NCBI GenBank assembly: GCA_029260905.1
Contig: JAJDCH010000002.1
Span: 15,546 to 79,545 of the forward strand
Direction of reading: 5' to 3'
From: Candidatus Levyibacteriota bacterium
Lineage (GTDB): Bacteria; Patescibacteriota; Microgenomatia; Levybacterales; UBA12049
DNA length: 64,000 nt
The translations under genes were made by a program, and so were the position numbers. Positions 26,447-36,231 of the stretch are shown here, piece by piece (position 1 is the first letter of the stretch; each line of letters opens with the position of its first letter). The notes under the pieces were generated by a model, which did no database searches, was not told the DNA's origin, and saw nothing but the letters and a program-made list of their open reading frames with translations.

Positions 26447-28912
26447 ATGACTGAAAGACGAGGAGCACCACGTACTCCGGAACAAGTATTACCCAAAGAA
26501 AATCTTTTGGGTTCTAATCATGCGCTTCAGGCAAGGCTTCTAAATCCGCTTAATCTTGAGGCGGATATGAACGGTACGGATGTGCTCGTAATAGCTGGTG
26601 ATGTCAAAGATCAGGGACTCGGGTTTGCTCTTGGAGAAGAGGGAGCAAGGGTTTATGAAGATGTTTCACTACAACAAAGAGGAAATGATACCCTCAAATT
26701 TAACCAATGGAGAGATAATTTCAACATTAGAATTGCTCAAATCAAAAAAAGAGAGCCTGAAAAGGCTGAATTTTTAGAGCAGATTGGTGTGACAGATGCT
26801 GATAGCTTTTATGATGAGTATCTTTTTGATAGAGAAAATGGAAAGCTCAAATCTGATTTGGTTGGATTTGTTTCAAAAGTAGCTGAGGCTGATGCAGGTT
26901 CTGTTGGAGCAAATGAAGATTTGATAAAAGAGCTTGGAAAGGCTTTTGGTGAGGGGTCAAATGAAGTGATAGTTAATCTGGTACAGGCTGTTAAAAATAT
27001 CCAAATGGGTGCAACAACTTTTGCTCAGTCAGCTGAGATTGATTTGGAAGTTGCAAAAACACATGATCTTATTCAAAGAATTGTTTCAGATAGAAATGAA
27101 TGGAATGCAGGCGGTCAAGATGCTGCAGAGCAGGATCTTCAGGCGTATTTGGCGACTTTGGAAGAAGATGAAGTAGACCAAGGCGGTGATGAGGGTGATG
27201 ATGATTCAGGTCCTGATGATGCTGGGAAAAGACACCAGGCTACGAAAGACAATTCTCAGTCTGATAAGGAAGAAGATGGTGGAGAAGGTGATGAAAGTGG
27301 AGATGGTAAAAATTTACCTGACAAGTTGGTTTGGAGAAGTGGGGGGATAAATGTTCCACCAGATCCGGATAGTAATGGCGAGCCTCCTGATGGTCCTAGT
27401 GGCGGCGTAGAGCCTGATTCGTCTCCTTCAGGAAGCGGTGGAGGATCAGGAGCGGTTGCTGAAGGAGATGGTAGCGGATCTGGAGAAGACAAGATTCCCG
27501 CAGGCACGTTTGGGCCTGGGGATGATGAGTTGGAGTTTGAGTATGATGAGCCAGAACGAGTCAGTCCAGATGTTTCAGATTGGCAGACCATGATTATGCG
27601 AGTCAAGTCAGGATCACTTCCTGATGAGACAAAAGCTAAATTGATAGCGCAAATTAGAGGAAAAATAGCTGAAGAAAGAGCAAATGCCGGTGGAAAACTG
27701 ACAAGCGGCGGAGAGGAGGATGGAGGAAATCCTGAGCCTGTTCAGATAGATAGACCTGCAAGTCCTGCAGTTGAAAGTTTTGTGAATGGAGATGGTTTGG
27801 ACCTAGATGCTGTTTTAGGGGAGATGCGCAGTTCTGCTGCCGAAACTGCAGGTCCAGTAACAGAACCTGATCGCGGGAGCGAAAGTAGTGAGACTGGGAA
27901 AGAGGTTCTTTCTTATGATCCTTTGATACTTAGGGATATCAGAGACAGATTAAGATATTTTAGTGAGGTTTTTCCTCACAAAGAATTTCTTCTTGGCAGG
28001 GATATAGAGTTGGAAGCAGACGTGCTGGATGAGGTGTTAAAGCTTGTAGATCAGGCAGGCAAAATTATTGAATCAAGAAAAGGAGAGGTCGCTGGTTTTG
28101 GGGAGTTTTTTGAGGCATACACAGAACAGGTGGAGCTGGATAAGGATCTGGAATCAGGATTTTGGATCTCAGATGATGGAAATACGAGATATGCATCTGC
28201 AGAGATATACGAACTTAATCAGATGGTACGTGCCAAGGCATATGTTGAGGCAATTGCAAAAGGCTATAAGTCAATACTTGAAGGTCAAGAAAATGGGTCG
28301 TTTGATAGGGAGTTGACAGAAATTTTTTCTAGTTATCTTCCAGCACTTGATGATTTCATGAGGAGTCAGATTGATGGCACTCCTGAGTATGAATCTCAAC
28401 TCGATCTGTCTTATCAAGGGTTTGTTGAAAGGGTTAAAGATCAGATTGAGGGTGTGGACAATCCAGGAGGAAATGTAAAAATTTTGGTAGAGATGCCTGC
28501 GCTTTCTGAATATATAAAAGGCAGATTGCGAAATGGTGAAAGTGTTCAGGATCTTGAGATTATTAGTTTGGGAAAAGACGGTCAAAAGCCATATATAAGA
28601 TTCGTGGTTGTGACAGCTGATGGTAGTGAGGTAAATTACAATATAGTTAACAATAAAGAGAATACAGGGATGGAAATTTATTTTGATCATGAGCTGAATG
28701 GCTCGCTAGACACAGATAATCCCGCAATAACAGAGATTGATGATGATTTAAATGATTATCCAGACGAAAATTATCGAGATTTCGGTGAGGGTTTGGTGCA
28801 TGATCTTGATTTGGCGATTGAAAATCCCAAAATGAGACCAGTTGGAATGATAATAGATACTTATGGTGAGTTGATAATTAAATTTGCAGATAGCGAATTT
28901 ATAGCGATATAA
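26447..28912 (+). CDS. large acidic hypothetical protein with a G/D/S/E-rich disordered centre
   Basis: 821-aa open frame with its own promoter; no recognisable motif, signal peptide or TM. Confidence 0.8.
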   Translation: MTERRGAPRTPEQVLPKENLLGSNHALQARLLNPLNLEADMNGTDVLVIAGDVKDQGLGFALGEEGARVYEDVSLQQRGNDTLKFNQWRDNFNIRIAQIKKREPEKAEFLEQIGVTDADSFYDEYLFDRENGKLKSDLVGFVSKVAEADAGSVGANEDLIKELGKAFGEGSNEVIVNLVQAVKNIQMGATTFAQSAEIDLEVAKTHDLIQRIVSDRNEWNAGGQDAAEQDLQAYLATLEEDEVDQGGDEGDDDSGPDDAGKRHQATKDNSQSDKEEDGGEGDESGDGKNLPDKLVWRSGGINVPPDPDSNGEPPDGPSGGVEPDSSPSGSGGGSGAVAEGDGSGSGEDKIPAGTFGPGDDELEFEYDEPERVSPDVSDWQTMIMRVKSGSLPDETKAKLIAQIRGKIAEERANAGGKLTSGGEEDGGNPEPVQIDRPASPAVESFVNGDGLDLDAVLGEMRSSAAETAGPVTEPDRGSESSETGKEVLSYDPLILRDIRDRLRYFSEVFPHKEFLLGRDIELEADVLDEVLKLVDQAGKIIESRKGEVAGFGEFFEAYTEQVELDKDLESGFWISDDGNTRYASAEIYELNQMVRAKAYVEAIAKGYKSILEGQENGSFDRELTEIFSSYLPALDDFMRSQIDGTPEYESQLDLSYQGFVERVKDQIEGVDNPGGNVKILVEMPALSEYIKGRLRNGESVQDLEIISLGKDGQKPYIRFVVVTADGSEVNYNIVNNKENTGMEIYFDHELNGSLDTDNPAITEIDDDLNDYPDENYRDFGEGLVHDLDLAIENPKMRPVGMIIDTYGELIIKFADSEFIAI

Positions 28913-28920
28913 ATGATATT

Positions 28921-29358
28921 TTGATTGGTTTTAGGTCTGGAAATAGTGTAAGCGCTAACACCCTATTAAGTGTCTTGCCGAGGATTTCAGATGCAGCTGA
29001 GAGATTAATAACAGAAAAAATTTTAGACACAGAAGGGATTGCAAAGGCATATGAGAGATTGACAGAGTTGTTTACAAAAAATCCGGAAAATATGGATGGG
29101 ATGTTGGTGCGTTCAGAGCAAGTGGCTAGAGAAGAAGATCCCGAATCTTCAAATCTTTCTGAGGGGCCTCTTGTTTTCACACCAGAAGTTTATGATTTGA
29201 TAATGGCAAATTTCGCATTGAAACAAGTTGTAAATGTGAGCACAGGTGTTAAATCAGCTTCTTCTGGGAGCGAGCATTTAATAATCAACAATACAAACCG
29301 GTTCATTTATTCTCTGGAAAATGTACGTGACTATGTTAGAAAGCATTTGATGTCATAA
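28921..29358 (+). CDS. hypothetical protein (start uncertain)
   Basis: 145-aa ORF with a TTG start, 8 nt after the previous stop. Confidence 0.45.
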   Translation: MIGFRSGNSVSANTLLSVLPRISDAAERLITEKILDTEGIAKAYERLTELFTKNPENMDGMLVRSEQVAREEDPESSNLSEGPLVFTPEVYDLIMANFALKQVVNVSTGVKSASSGSEHLIINNTNRFIYSLENVRDYVRKHLMS

Positions 29359-29406
29359 TAGAGTTTGTATTTTGAATTTGAAAAATAGTGGTATATAATA
29401 TATTTT

Positions 29407-31536
29407 ATGCCCAGAGGAAGAGGACGAGGACGCAGAAAAGCTTTTAAGTTGAAGCTAAAGAAAAAAACTATATATACGATTTTTGGGATCGGCTTTCTTC
29501 TTGCGGGCGGATCACTTCTGGCATCACTTCTCAATCCTTCAGATACAACCTCAGTCATCACGGAGCAAGTAAGCGCAATGCTTGGTGGATCAACGCTTCT
29601 TTTTCCATTTGTTCTGATATTGATTGGTTTTCTTTTCCTTAATCTCAAGTTTTATTTATCAAGGATTAATGTGGCGATTGGATACGCGCTTTTTTTCGTA
29701 TCTGTTGTTGGTCTTTTTAGAACTGGGGCTGTAGGGGATCGGATATTTTTGATTCTTGAGGAGATAATCACAACTCCTGGGGCCAACCTGGTACTAATTG
29801 CCGGAATGCTGGTTGGGATAATTGTTTTTTTTGATACATCAATTGATGAGATATTTGAGGGATTTGGCGCAGTAATAGGAGTTCTGAAAAAGCTAGTTCC
29901 TTTTGGGCTTTTTTCCAAAAACAAGAACGAAAAACAACCTCTTATAAATAAAAACAAGCCGATGATGATAAAAGGTGGTAAGGATGAGGAAGAAAAAGAA
30001 AAACTCGACATCAAAAAACCACCAATCATTCATAAAAAGGAGCAACAGGAGCTTTTGCCTGAGACATTGGTTAGCAACGTGCTTGGTAAGGACGTATCAG
30101 GTGTTTGGGAATATCCACCTTTGTCACTTTTATCAGCAGAACCAGGACAAAAAGCTGAGCGTGGAGACATCAAGCAAATAGCCCAAACGATTGAAAATAC
30201 TCTTCAGAGTTTCAGAATTGAAGCACGTGTTGCTGAGGTAAATCTCGGTCCAGCTGTTACCCAATATGCGCTTGAGCTGGCGCTTGGTACGAGGATTTCA
30301 AAAATTACATCACTTGCCAATAATCTTGCACTTGCAACTGAGGCGCCAACTGGACAGATCAGAATAGAGGCGCCAATTCCTGGTAGGAATTTAGTTGGAA
30401 TCGAGATACCAAATAGATCTCTTGAAGTCGTTCCGCTTCGAACTATGCTTGCATCAACTCCAATGCAAAAAGCCAAATCCAAACTGACAGTTTCACTTGG
30501 AATTGATGTATCGGGAAATCCGATTGTAATTGATATAGCCAAAATGCCACATATGCTTGTTGCTGGTACGACTGGTTCTGGAAAATCAGTTCTGATCAAT
30601 GCGTTTATTTCGACTTTGCTTTTTCGCGCATCGCCTCAGGAGGTTCGTCTTATACTTATTGATCCGAAAAGAGTCGAGTTCACAGGCTATAATGGCATAC
30701 CTCATCTTTTGACTCCAGTAATTGTTGAGCCTGAGAAAATTCTTTCAGCTCTGAAGTGGGCAATGGCAGAGATGGATAAGAGATATAGGATTTTTGCAGA
30801 AAGGGGAGTGCGAAATATTGATTCATACAATGAATTATCAGGTTTTCAGGCACTTCCATATATAGTTATTTTTATTGATGAGCTTGCAGATCTGATGATG
30901 TTTGCGCCAGTTGAGGTGGAAGATGCGATTGCGCGTCTTGCCCAGATGGCCCGTGCAACTGGAATCCATCTAGTGATTGCTACACAAAGACCATCTGTTA
31001 ATGTTATAACTGGTCTTATTAAGGCCAACATTCCATGTCGCATTGCGTTTAATGTTTCATCAATGATTGACTCTCGCGTTATACTTGATGCGCCAGGTGC
31101 GGAAAAGCTTCTCGGAAGGGGAGATATGCTTTATATACCTCCAGATCAGGCAAAACCAACACGTATTCAGGGGGCATACATAGAAAAAGAAGTTAAAAAG
31201 TTGGTTGATTTTCTCAAATCCAAAGACTATCCTGTTGAATACACGGAAGAAGTTATATCCCAACCTCTTCCGCTTAAAAAGGGAGCAGGAGGAAGCATGG
31301 ATACTGGTGCAAGCAGTGAGGTTGAAGAGGCAATAAGAGTTGTATGTCAGTTTAATACAGCAAGCGCTTCTTTTCTGCAAAGAAAAATGTCAATTGGCTA
31401 TGCAAAGGCTGCTCGTATTTTGGATCAACTTGAGGAGATGGGGGTTGTTAGTCATGCTGAGGGATCAAAGCCCCGTGATGTTCTTGTCAGAAATGCTGAA
31501 GAGTACCTGACTAGCCAGCAGGAGAAAGATTCTTAG
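29407..31536 (+). CDS. ftsK: DNA translocase FtsK/SpoIIIE
   Basis: N-terminal TMs, PHMLVAGTTGSGKS, IDELADLM, ATQRPS, EKLLGRGDML, gamma domain IGYAKAARILD. Confidence 0.97.
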   Translation: MPRGRGRGRRKAFKLKLKKKTIYTIFGIGFLLAGGSLLASLLNPSDTTSVITEQVSAMLGGSTLLFPFVLILIGFLFLNLKFYLSRINVAIGYALFFVSVVGLFRTGAVGDRIFLILEEIITTPGANLVLIAGMLVGIIVFFDTSIDEIFEGFGAVIGVLKKLVPFGLFSKNKNEKQPLINKNKPMMIKGGKDEEEKEKLDIKKPPIIHKKEQQELLPETLVSNVLGKDVSGVWEYPPLSLLSAEPGQKAERGDIKQIAQTIENTLQSFRIEARVAEVNLGPAVTQYALELALGTRISKITSLANNLALATEAPTGQIRIEAPIPGRNLVGIEIPNRSLEVVPLRTMLASTPMQKAKSKLTVSLGIDVSGNPIVIDIAKMPHMLVAGTTGSGKSVLINAFISTLLFRASPQEVRLILIDPKRVEFTGYNGIPHLLTPVIVEPEKILSALKWAMAEMDKRYRIFAERGVRNIDSYNELSGFQALPYIVIFIDELADLMMFAPVEVEDAIARLAQMARATGIHLVIATQRPSVNVITGLIKANIPCRIAFNVSSMIDSRVILDAPGAEKLLGRGDMLYIPPDQAKPTRIQGAYIEKEVKKLVDFLKSKDYPVEYTEEVISQPLPLKKGAGGSMDTGASSEVEEAIRVVCQFNTASASFLQRKMSIGYAKAARILDQLEEMGVVSHAEGSKPRDVLVRNAEEYLTSQQEKDS

Positions 31537-31625
31537 TATAAAGTATCAAGAATTAAGTATTATGTATTTTCTGCGGAAAGATTCTTTGACCCTTTATACT
31601 TAATACTTTATACTACTACTTAATA
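31534..31625. repeat. heptamer-built intergenic inverted repeat
   Basis: TAGTATAAAGTAT...ATACTTTATACTA and ATTAAGTAT...ATACTTAAT arms. The same units recur at 58378-58418. Confidence 0.6.
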
Positions 31626-31627
31626 GC

Positions 31628-32260
31628 ATGTTAAAGATAGGACAGAGACTACAAGGTATTAGAATAAAAAAAGGACTTAGTGTTGATGAAATTGCAAAAG
31701 AAATCAAAATCAAACCACAGTTTTTAACTGCAATTGAGAAAGGGGAGTATGAGAAACTTCCGTCAATTGCTTATGCTCAGGGATTTGTCAGAAATTATGC
31801 AGATTACCTAGGACTTCCCAAATCAGAAACAACAGCCCTTTTTAAAAGAGATTTTGATGAGAATAAAAATTTAAAAGTACTTCCTGATGGCTTGAGTGGA
31901 AATACTGAGGGGTTTCATGTGAGTTGGGCACGAATCAGACAAATTTTTCTGGGGTTGATCTTGGTACTTATTGTTCTTGGATTTGTTGTATTTCAATACA
32001 GGTCATTTTTCTTTGCTCCATCGCTTTCTATCACAAGTCCCAAGGACGAGATGGTTGAGGCGGGAGATATAAAGGTAGCAGGCATCACTGATAGCGCAGC
32101 AACTGTTTTGATAAACGGCGAGCAGGTGTCTGTTGCTGAGGATGGGAAGTTTGTAAAAGGAGTTACTCTTTTTCCCGGAACAGCAGAAATAGTTGTCAAA
32201 TCGACAAATAGACTAGGAAAACAGACCACTATAACAAAGCGAATTAAGGTAAAGGAGTAG
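31628..32260 (+). CDS. RodZ-like protein (HTH, TM, Ig-like domain)
   Basis: IGQRL..R, LTAIEKG, YAQGFVRNYADYLGL HTH motif; one TM; beta-rich C-terminus; follows ftsK. Confidence 0.8.
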   Translation: MLKIGQRLQGIRIKKGLSVDEIAKEIKIKPQFLTAIEKGEYEKLPSIAYAQGFVRNYADYLGLPKSETTALFKRDFDENKNLKVLPDGLSGNTEGFHVSWARIRQIFLGLILVLIVLGFVVFQYRSFFFAPSLSITSPKDEMVEAGDIKVAGITDSAATVLINGEQVSVAEDGKFVKGVTLFPGTAEIVVKSTNRLGKQTTITKRIKVKE

Positions 32261-32327
32261 TAAGTGATAGATTGTTCCACATTGCTTTATTGACACATTG
32301 GTTTTCATACGCTAAGTTATATAAACC

Positions 32328-32618
32328 ATGATAGATCCTGTTCAGCTTGTTCTTCTTTTGATAATAGTAATTTTGGCAATTCTTCTGGTGGTTCTTGGAA
32401 TTCAAGTTTTTTTAATCCTTCGAGAATTGAAAAAAACAATTGGAAAAGCTAGTAATGTACTTGATAATATTGATTCGATAAGTGAGAGTATTGAGGGACC
32501 TGTTGAGGCCATCTCATCAATAGCGCTTGCTTTTAAAGCAGGATCATTTCTCAGTGTTGCAAAATTCATCAAGGATCTTCTTGGAGACAGGGAAGGGAAG
32601 AAGCGGGAAAGGGAATAA
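32328..32618 (+). CDS. small membrane-anchored coiled-coil protein (DUF948/YtxG-like)
   Basis: N-terminal TM followed by a helical region; precedes a YtxH-like gene. Confidence 0.6.
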   Translation: MIDPVQLVLLLIIVILAILLVVLGIQVFLILRELKKTIGKASNVLDNIDSISESIEGPVEAISSIALAFKAGSFLSVAKFIKDLLGDREGKKRERE

Positions 32619-32746
32619 AATTTCTAAGTATTAATTTCTAATTTCTAAACAATATCAAAATCAAAATAAATTAATTCAAACCCTTTTTGTTTTTTGGATT
32701 TTTAAAATTTAAATTTGTTTAGGGTTTAGATACTCTAATTTAGAAT
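32617..32746. repeat. heptamer-built intergenic inverted repeat
   Basis: AATTTCT-type units; CTAAACAA/TTGTTTAG arms. Related to 2643-2700. Confidence 0.55.
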
Positions 32747-32758
32747 GTGAAAAAATAT

Positions 32759-33115
32759 ATGGAAAACAGGAATGACAATAGAGGAAATGGATTTTTGTTT
32801 GGTCTAATAGTTGGTGTGGCAGTTACTCTTCTTTTTACCACAAAAAAGGGCAGGGAAATTCTCAGAGAGCTAACTGACCGTGGTATGGAAAAGATAGGGG
32901 ATCTCGAGGAGAAGATTGATCGCAAGCAGACGGAGTTTGAACAGGAGTTAGAGGAGGAAGAGGGGGATGATTATATTGAAACCCTACCTGATCTTAAAAA
33001 GCCTCTCGCAGGGAGTATTGAAGAAGAAAAAAGTGAAGCGAATCCGTCCTCAAAGGGGCAAGTAGAAAAACCCAAAAAATCTCCCCGCCGTTTCTTTAAA
33101 GGAAAAAAGAGTTAG
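32759..33115 (+). CDS. YtxH-like protein
   Basis: GFLFGLIVGVAVTLLFTTKKGREI motif; ATG at 32759. Confidence 0.75.
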   Translation: MENRNDNRGNGFLFGLIVGVAVTLLFTTKKGREILRELTDRGMEKIGDLEEKIDRKQTEFEQELEEEEGDDYIETLPDLKKPLAGSIEEEKSEANPSSKGQVEKPKKSPRRFFKGKKS

Positions 33116-34062
33116 AGGCCGTACTTTTCGATATTGGCGTTGTGTTCTTCAAGTGTTCTTCCATAGTGATTGACTCCTGATTTATCGGTGATGTAGTAGA
33201 GATAGTTTGTGTCGGCTGGATTTAGCGCTGCATCTAGAGCTTGGGTTCCTGGATTAGAAATGGGAGTAGGCGGAAGGCCTGCATGGGTGTAAGTGTTGTA
33301 TGCTGAGTCTGGAACGATGTTGGATCCACTATTTGTTAGTTTTGGCCACCAGTCAGAGGGATTGCCAATCGCGTATTGGATCGTTGCATCGATATAAACG
33401 CCCATTCCTGCATTAAGTCTATTGTGGATGACTGATGAGACAATGAATCTATCCTCATCATGTTTTGCTTCTCTTTCTATCATTGATGCGATTGTGACTA
33501 TTTCATCTTTTGAGTATTTTGTATTGGAAGACTTGATGCTGTTATATTTTTTATCAAAATTATCACGCATTGTTTCTATGATCGTATCTATATTTGCATC
33601 TTTCGGGAAAAAGTAAGTGTCAGGAAAAAGATAGCCCTCATAAAGCCTAAGTTTGCCTCTCCAAGACTCATCATAACCAATTATTCTTTCTTCAAGCCTA
33701 TCAGCTATTTCATCAGCCCTGAGTCCTTCAGGAATAATTACCTGCATATCAAATGTTCCGACTTGGAGAGCTTCTGCGATCTCAGTTGCATTCATGGATG
33801 ATGAGAGATAAAACTCTCCTGCTTGGATTTTCTCTTCCAAATCAAGCCTTTTTACGTTTAGGAAAAATATAACTGGATCTTTGATAAGATTTTCTGACTT
33901 GAGGCTTTGTGCTATTTCACGAACTGTTTGTCCTTTTTCAACAGAGAAGAGTTTGGTGGTGGTGTCTGTAGGTTCTGGTGCTTGAGTTCCTTGAACAAAC
34001 CAGGCAAAGAATCCGCCAATTGCCAGAAGTAGCATTACTATTAAGAATGAAAGTTTTTTCAT
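33112..34062 (-). CDS. mltG: endolytic transglycosylase MltG
   Basis: N-terminal TM, IPEG, EGYLFPDTY, ASMIEREA, YNTY..GLPPTPISNPG. Confidence 0.95.
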   Translation of the reverse strand: MKKLSFLIVMLLLAIGGFFAWFVQGTQAPEPTDTTTKLFSVEKGQTVREIAQSLKSENLIKDPVIFFLNVKRLDLEEKIQAGEFYLSSSMNATEIAEALQVGTFDMQVIIPEGLRADEIADRLEERIIGYDESWRGKLRLYEGYLFPDTYFFPKDANIDTIIETMRDNFDKKYNSIKSSNTKYSKDEIVTIASMIEREAKHDEDRFIVSSVIHNRLNAGMGVYIDATIQYAIGNPSDWWPKLTNSGSNIVPDSAYNTYTHAGLPPTPISNPGTQALDAALNPADTNYLYYITDKSGVNHYGRTLEEHNANIEKYGL

Positions 34063-34074
34063 AAGTTATTGTTT

Positions 34075-35346
34075 TTATTCTAGTTCAAAAACCGGAAAAT
34101 TGTTAAGCGAATCCTTTGCTTCTTCAACTGCTTGGTGGCTATCACTATAAAGTGTAAATATTGGTTTGTCAACCAAGACCTCATCGCCGATTTTTACATT
34201 AAGAAGAAGGCCACTTTTTTTCTCTTTTGGCGCGCCAAGAATTCTTGCAATGGCTGTTACGTTTTTGCTGTTAATGTTTTTAACAATGCCTTTTTTTCTA
34301 GACTTGACGACGTGTTGGTGTTTTCCTGGTTTCATCATCTCGCTTGTAATATTGGGATTACCATTTTGTGCTTTTATAATCTCCATCATTTTCTGGTGAG
34401 CATGACCTGATGTTAGGATGTATTCTGCCCAGATGCGACCTGTTCCAAATTCTTTCTTGATTCTATCTTTTAGACTTTGGTTTGAATCGCTAAGACAAAG
34501 ATCAAGAAGTGATCCTGCAAGATTAAGTGATTTTTTTTCAAGATCAAGAGGTCTCTGAGAGTGTTGTTCAAGAACCATCAGTGCGTCTTTTGCTTCGAGT
34601 AGAGGACCTATTCCCCGTCCAACAGGCTCGTCTGTTTTGTGAATTATTGCTTCTACTTTGACTCCAAATTTTTCTGCTAAATTCTCGAATTTCCTTTTTA
34701 CTTTCTCAGCATCAGACAGATTATGCACTTTGACATGTGATCCGTATGGCAGATCGATCACAATATGATTTGATCCGAAAGCAACCTTTTTGGCCATAAT
34801 CGAAACCAGTATTTTGTCAAAACTTTCAAGAAGAAGCGGTTCTTCAACTTTTATTAATTCATCATCAGCTGGGGCTATGCTAACTGCTCCTCCCCAGACA
34901 ATACAGGCATTTGTTTTATCAACAATTTTATAAATCTGCTCTTTTGTAAAGCTGACATCTGCTATTACTTCCATGTCATCAGCTGTGCCACCAGCAGATG
35001 TTATGGCGCGGCTAGAGCTCTTAGGAATGGTAAAGCCAGCTGAGGCAACAATGGGAACAACAATCATGGTTGTACGAGTTCCTGGCACCCCACCGATTGA
35101 ATGTTTATCAGCAACAATCCCTTGGAATTTAAGCTTGTCACCCGTTTCTATCATTGCTTTTGTAAGGTAAAAAAGCTCTGTATTGTTAAAGCCAACTGTG
35201 TAACCAGTTGATGCAAAGTATGTAGTCAAGATCGTTCCTAGTCTGTGGTGGGCAATCTCATCCATAATGGCAAAGATGCCTTTATAATCAAGTCTTTTTC
35301 CTGAGATTTTTCTCTGGATTGCAAGTAGCGCTTCCTGTTCATTCAT
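34075..35346 (-). CDS. AMP/thymidine phosphorylase family protein (archaeal AMP phosphorylase-like)
   Basis: DKHSIGGVPGTRTT, IPKSSSRAITSAGGTAD.ME, IAPADD, SIMAKK, PVGRGIGPLLEA. Confidence 0.85.
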   Translation of the reverse strand: MNEQEALLAIQRKISGKRLDYKGIFAIMDEIAHHRLGTILTTYFASTGYTVGFNNTELFYLTKAMIETGDKLKFQGIVADKHSIGGVPGTRTTMIVVPIVASAGFTIPKSSSRAITSAGGTADDMEVIADVSFTKEQIYKIVDKTNACIVWGGAVSIAPADDELIKVEEPLLLESFDKILVSIMAKKVAFGSNHIVIDLPYGSHVKVHNLSDAEKVKRKFENLAEKFGVKVEAIIHKTDEPVGRGIGPLLEAKDALMVLEQHSQRPLDLEKKSLNLAGSLLDLCLSDSNQSLKDRIKKEFGTGRIWAEYILTSGHAHQKMMEIIKAQNGNPNITSEMMKPGKHQHVVKSRKKGIVKNINSKNVTAIARILGAPKEKKSGLLLNVKIGDEVLVDKPIFTLYSDSHQAVEEAKDSLNNFPVFELE

Positions 35347-35498
35347 ATCTCACCTTTAATCATCTGAAGAGCGTATTTAAAAAAGCTTTTAATAATACTT
35401 ATAACAAAATAAAAAGCACTATTAAGGAGTCTATTGATTGTGGGCCAGATTTTTTTGAGAAATAAAATTACTGGGGATTGTTGTCTATTTTCTTCCAT
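35343..35498 (-). CDS. unannotated 51-aa amphipathic small protein
   Basis: MEENRQQSPVILFLKKIWPTINRLLNSAFYFVISIIKSFFKYALQMIKGEI. Starts 2 nt after the sortase stop; its TGA overlaps the next ATG (ATGA). Confidence 0.7.
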   Translation of the reverse strand: MEENRQQSPVILFLKKIWPTINRLLNSAFYFVISIIKSFFKYALQMIKGEI

Positions 35499-35500
35499 TT

Positions 35501-36229
35501 TTATATCTTCTCAGCTTTTGATTTTATTATCAACCTTTTCCAGGTTGTACCAGGCGGTGTACATGTAACAATTGTTAGATAAGAGCCGTCATATTGTTGA
35601 GTTAGATACGAGGTGTCTTCGGCATCAGTAACTGAGATATCAAATATTTTGTAATTATAAATTTTTCCATCTGATGAGACCTGAATATCATCGCCTGGTT
35701 TTACGCTATGAATATTGGCAAAGATCGTTTTATAGTTTTTTGGATCAAAAAGCTGTGGAAGGGTTGAGTGACCAAAAATGACAGATGTGCCACGATTTGG
35801 GGGTATAGCAGTTCCTGGAAAATTGACAAGATTGGAGGAAAGGTCAAGATTAACGGTTGAAGCTATTACATCTTTTATGCCGATTGATTCAATAGACAGA
35901 TAAAAAAACGATACATTACTTTCCTCCTCTTTTTTATGTGACGGTGGTAACCAGTTAGGATTGCCATTAAAATTAACACTTGAGATAGATTCTGCTGTGG
36001 TTTCAAAAAAGCTTTTTATAGAGTTTTTTGAAAGAATAAATTTTTGTGGGATAGGTGATGTATAAGTGCTGCTAGCAAAAGCAGGTTTTACGTAAAGTTC
36101 CCATGAAAGAATTGGAAACATCACATAAAGTCCGAAAAATAGACCAAGAAGTGAAATACCAAGTCCGCCAAGCCTTATTGTTTTTTTGATTTTTTTGGTG
36201 TCTGCTTTTTTGTAAACTTTTTTAATCAT
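35501..36229 (-). CDS. sortase
   Basis: N-terminal TM, VIFGHS (catalytic His), LTIVTCTPPG (catalytic Cys), KRLII (Arg). Confidence 0.9.
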   Translation of the reverse strand: MIKKVYKKADTKKIKKTIRLGGLGISLLGLFFGLYVMFPILSWELYVKPAFASSTYTSPIPQKFILSKNSIKSFFETTAESISSVNFNGNPNWLPPSHKKEEESNVSFFYLSIESIGIKDVIASTVNLDLSSNLVNFPGTAIPPNRGTSVIFGHSTLPQLFDPKNYKTIFANIHSVKPGDDIQVSSDGKIYNYKIFDISVTDAEDTSYLTQQYDGSYLTIVTCTPPGTTWKRLIIKSKAEKI

Positions 36230-36231
36230 AT

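Noticed and set aside
31534-31625. Possible CRISPR or iteron array in the AT-rich intergenic repeats
   Set aside because: The units are ~7 bp and degenerate, with no repeat-spacer structure and no cas or rep genes.
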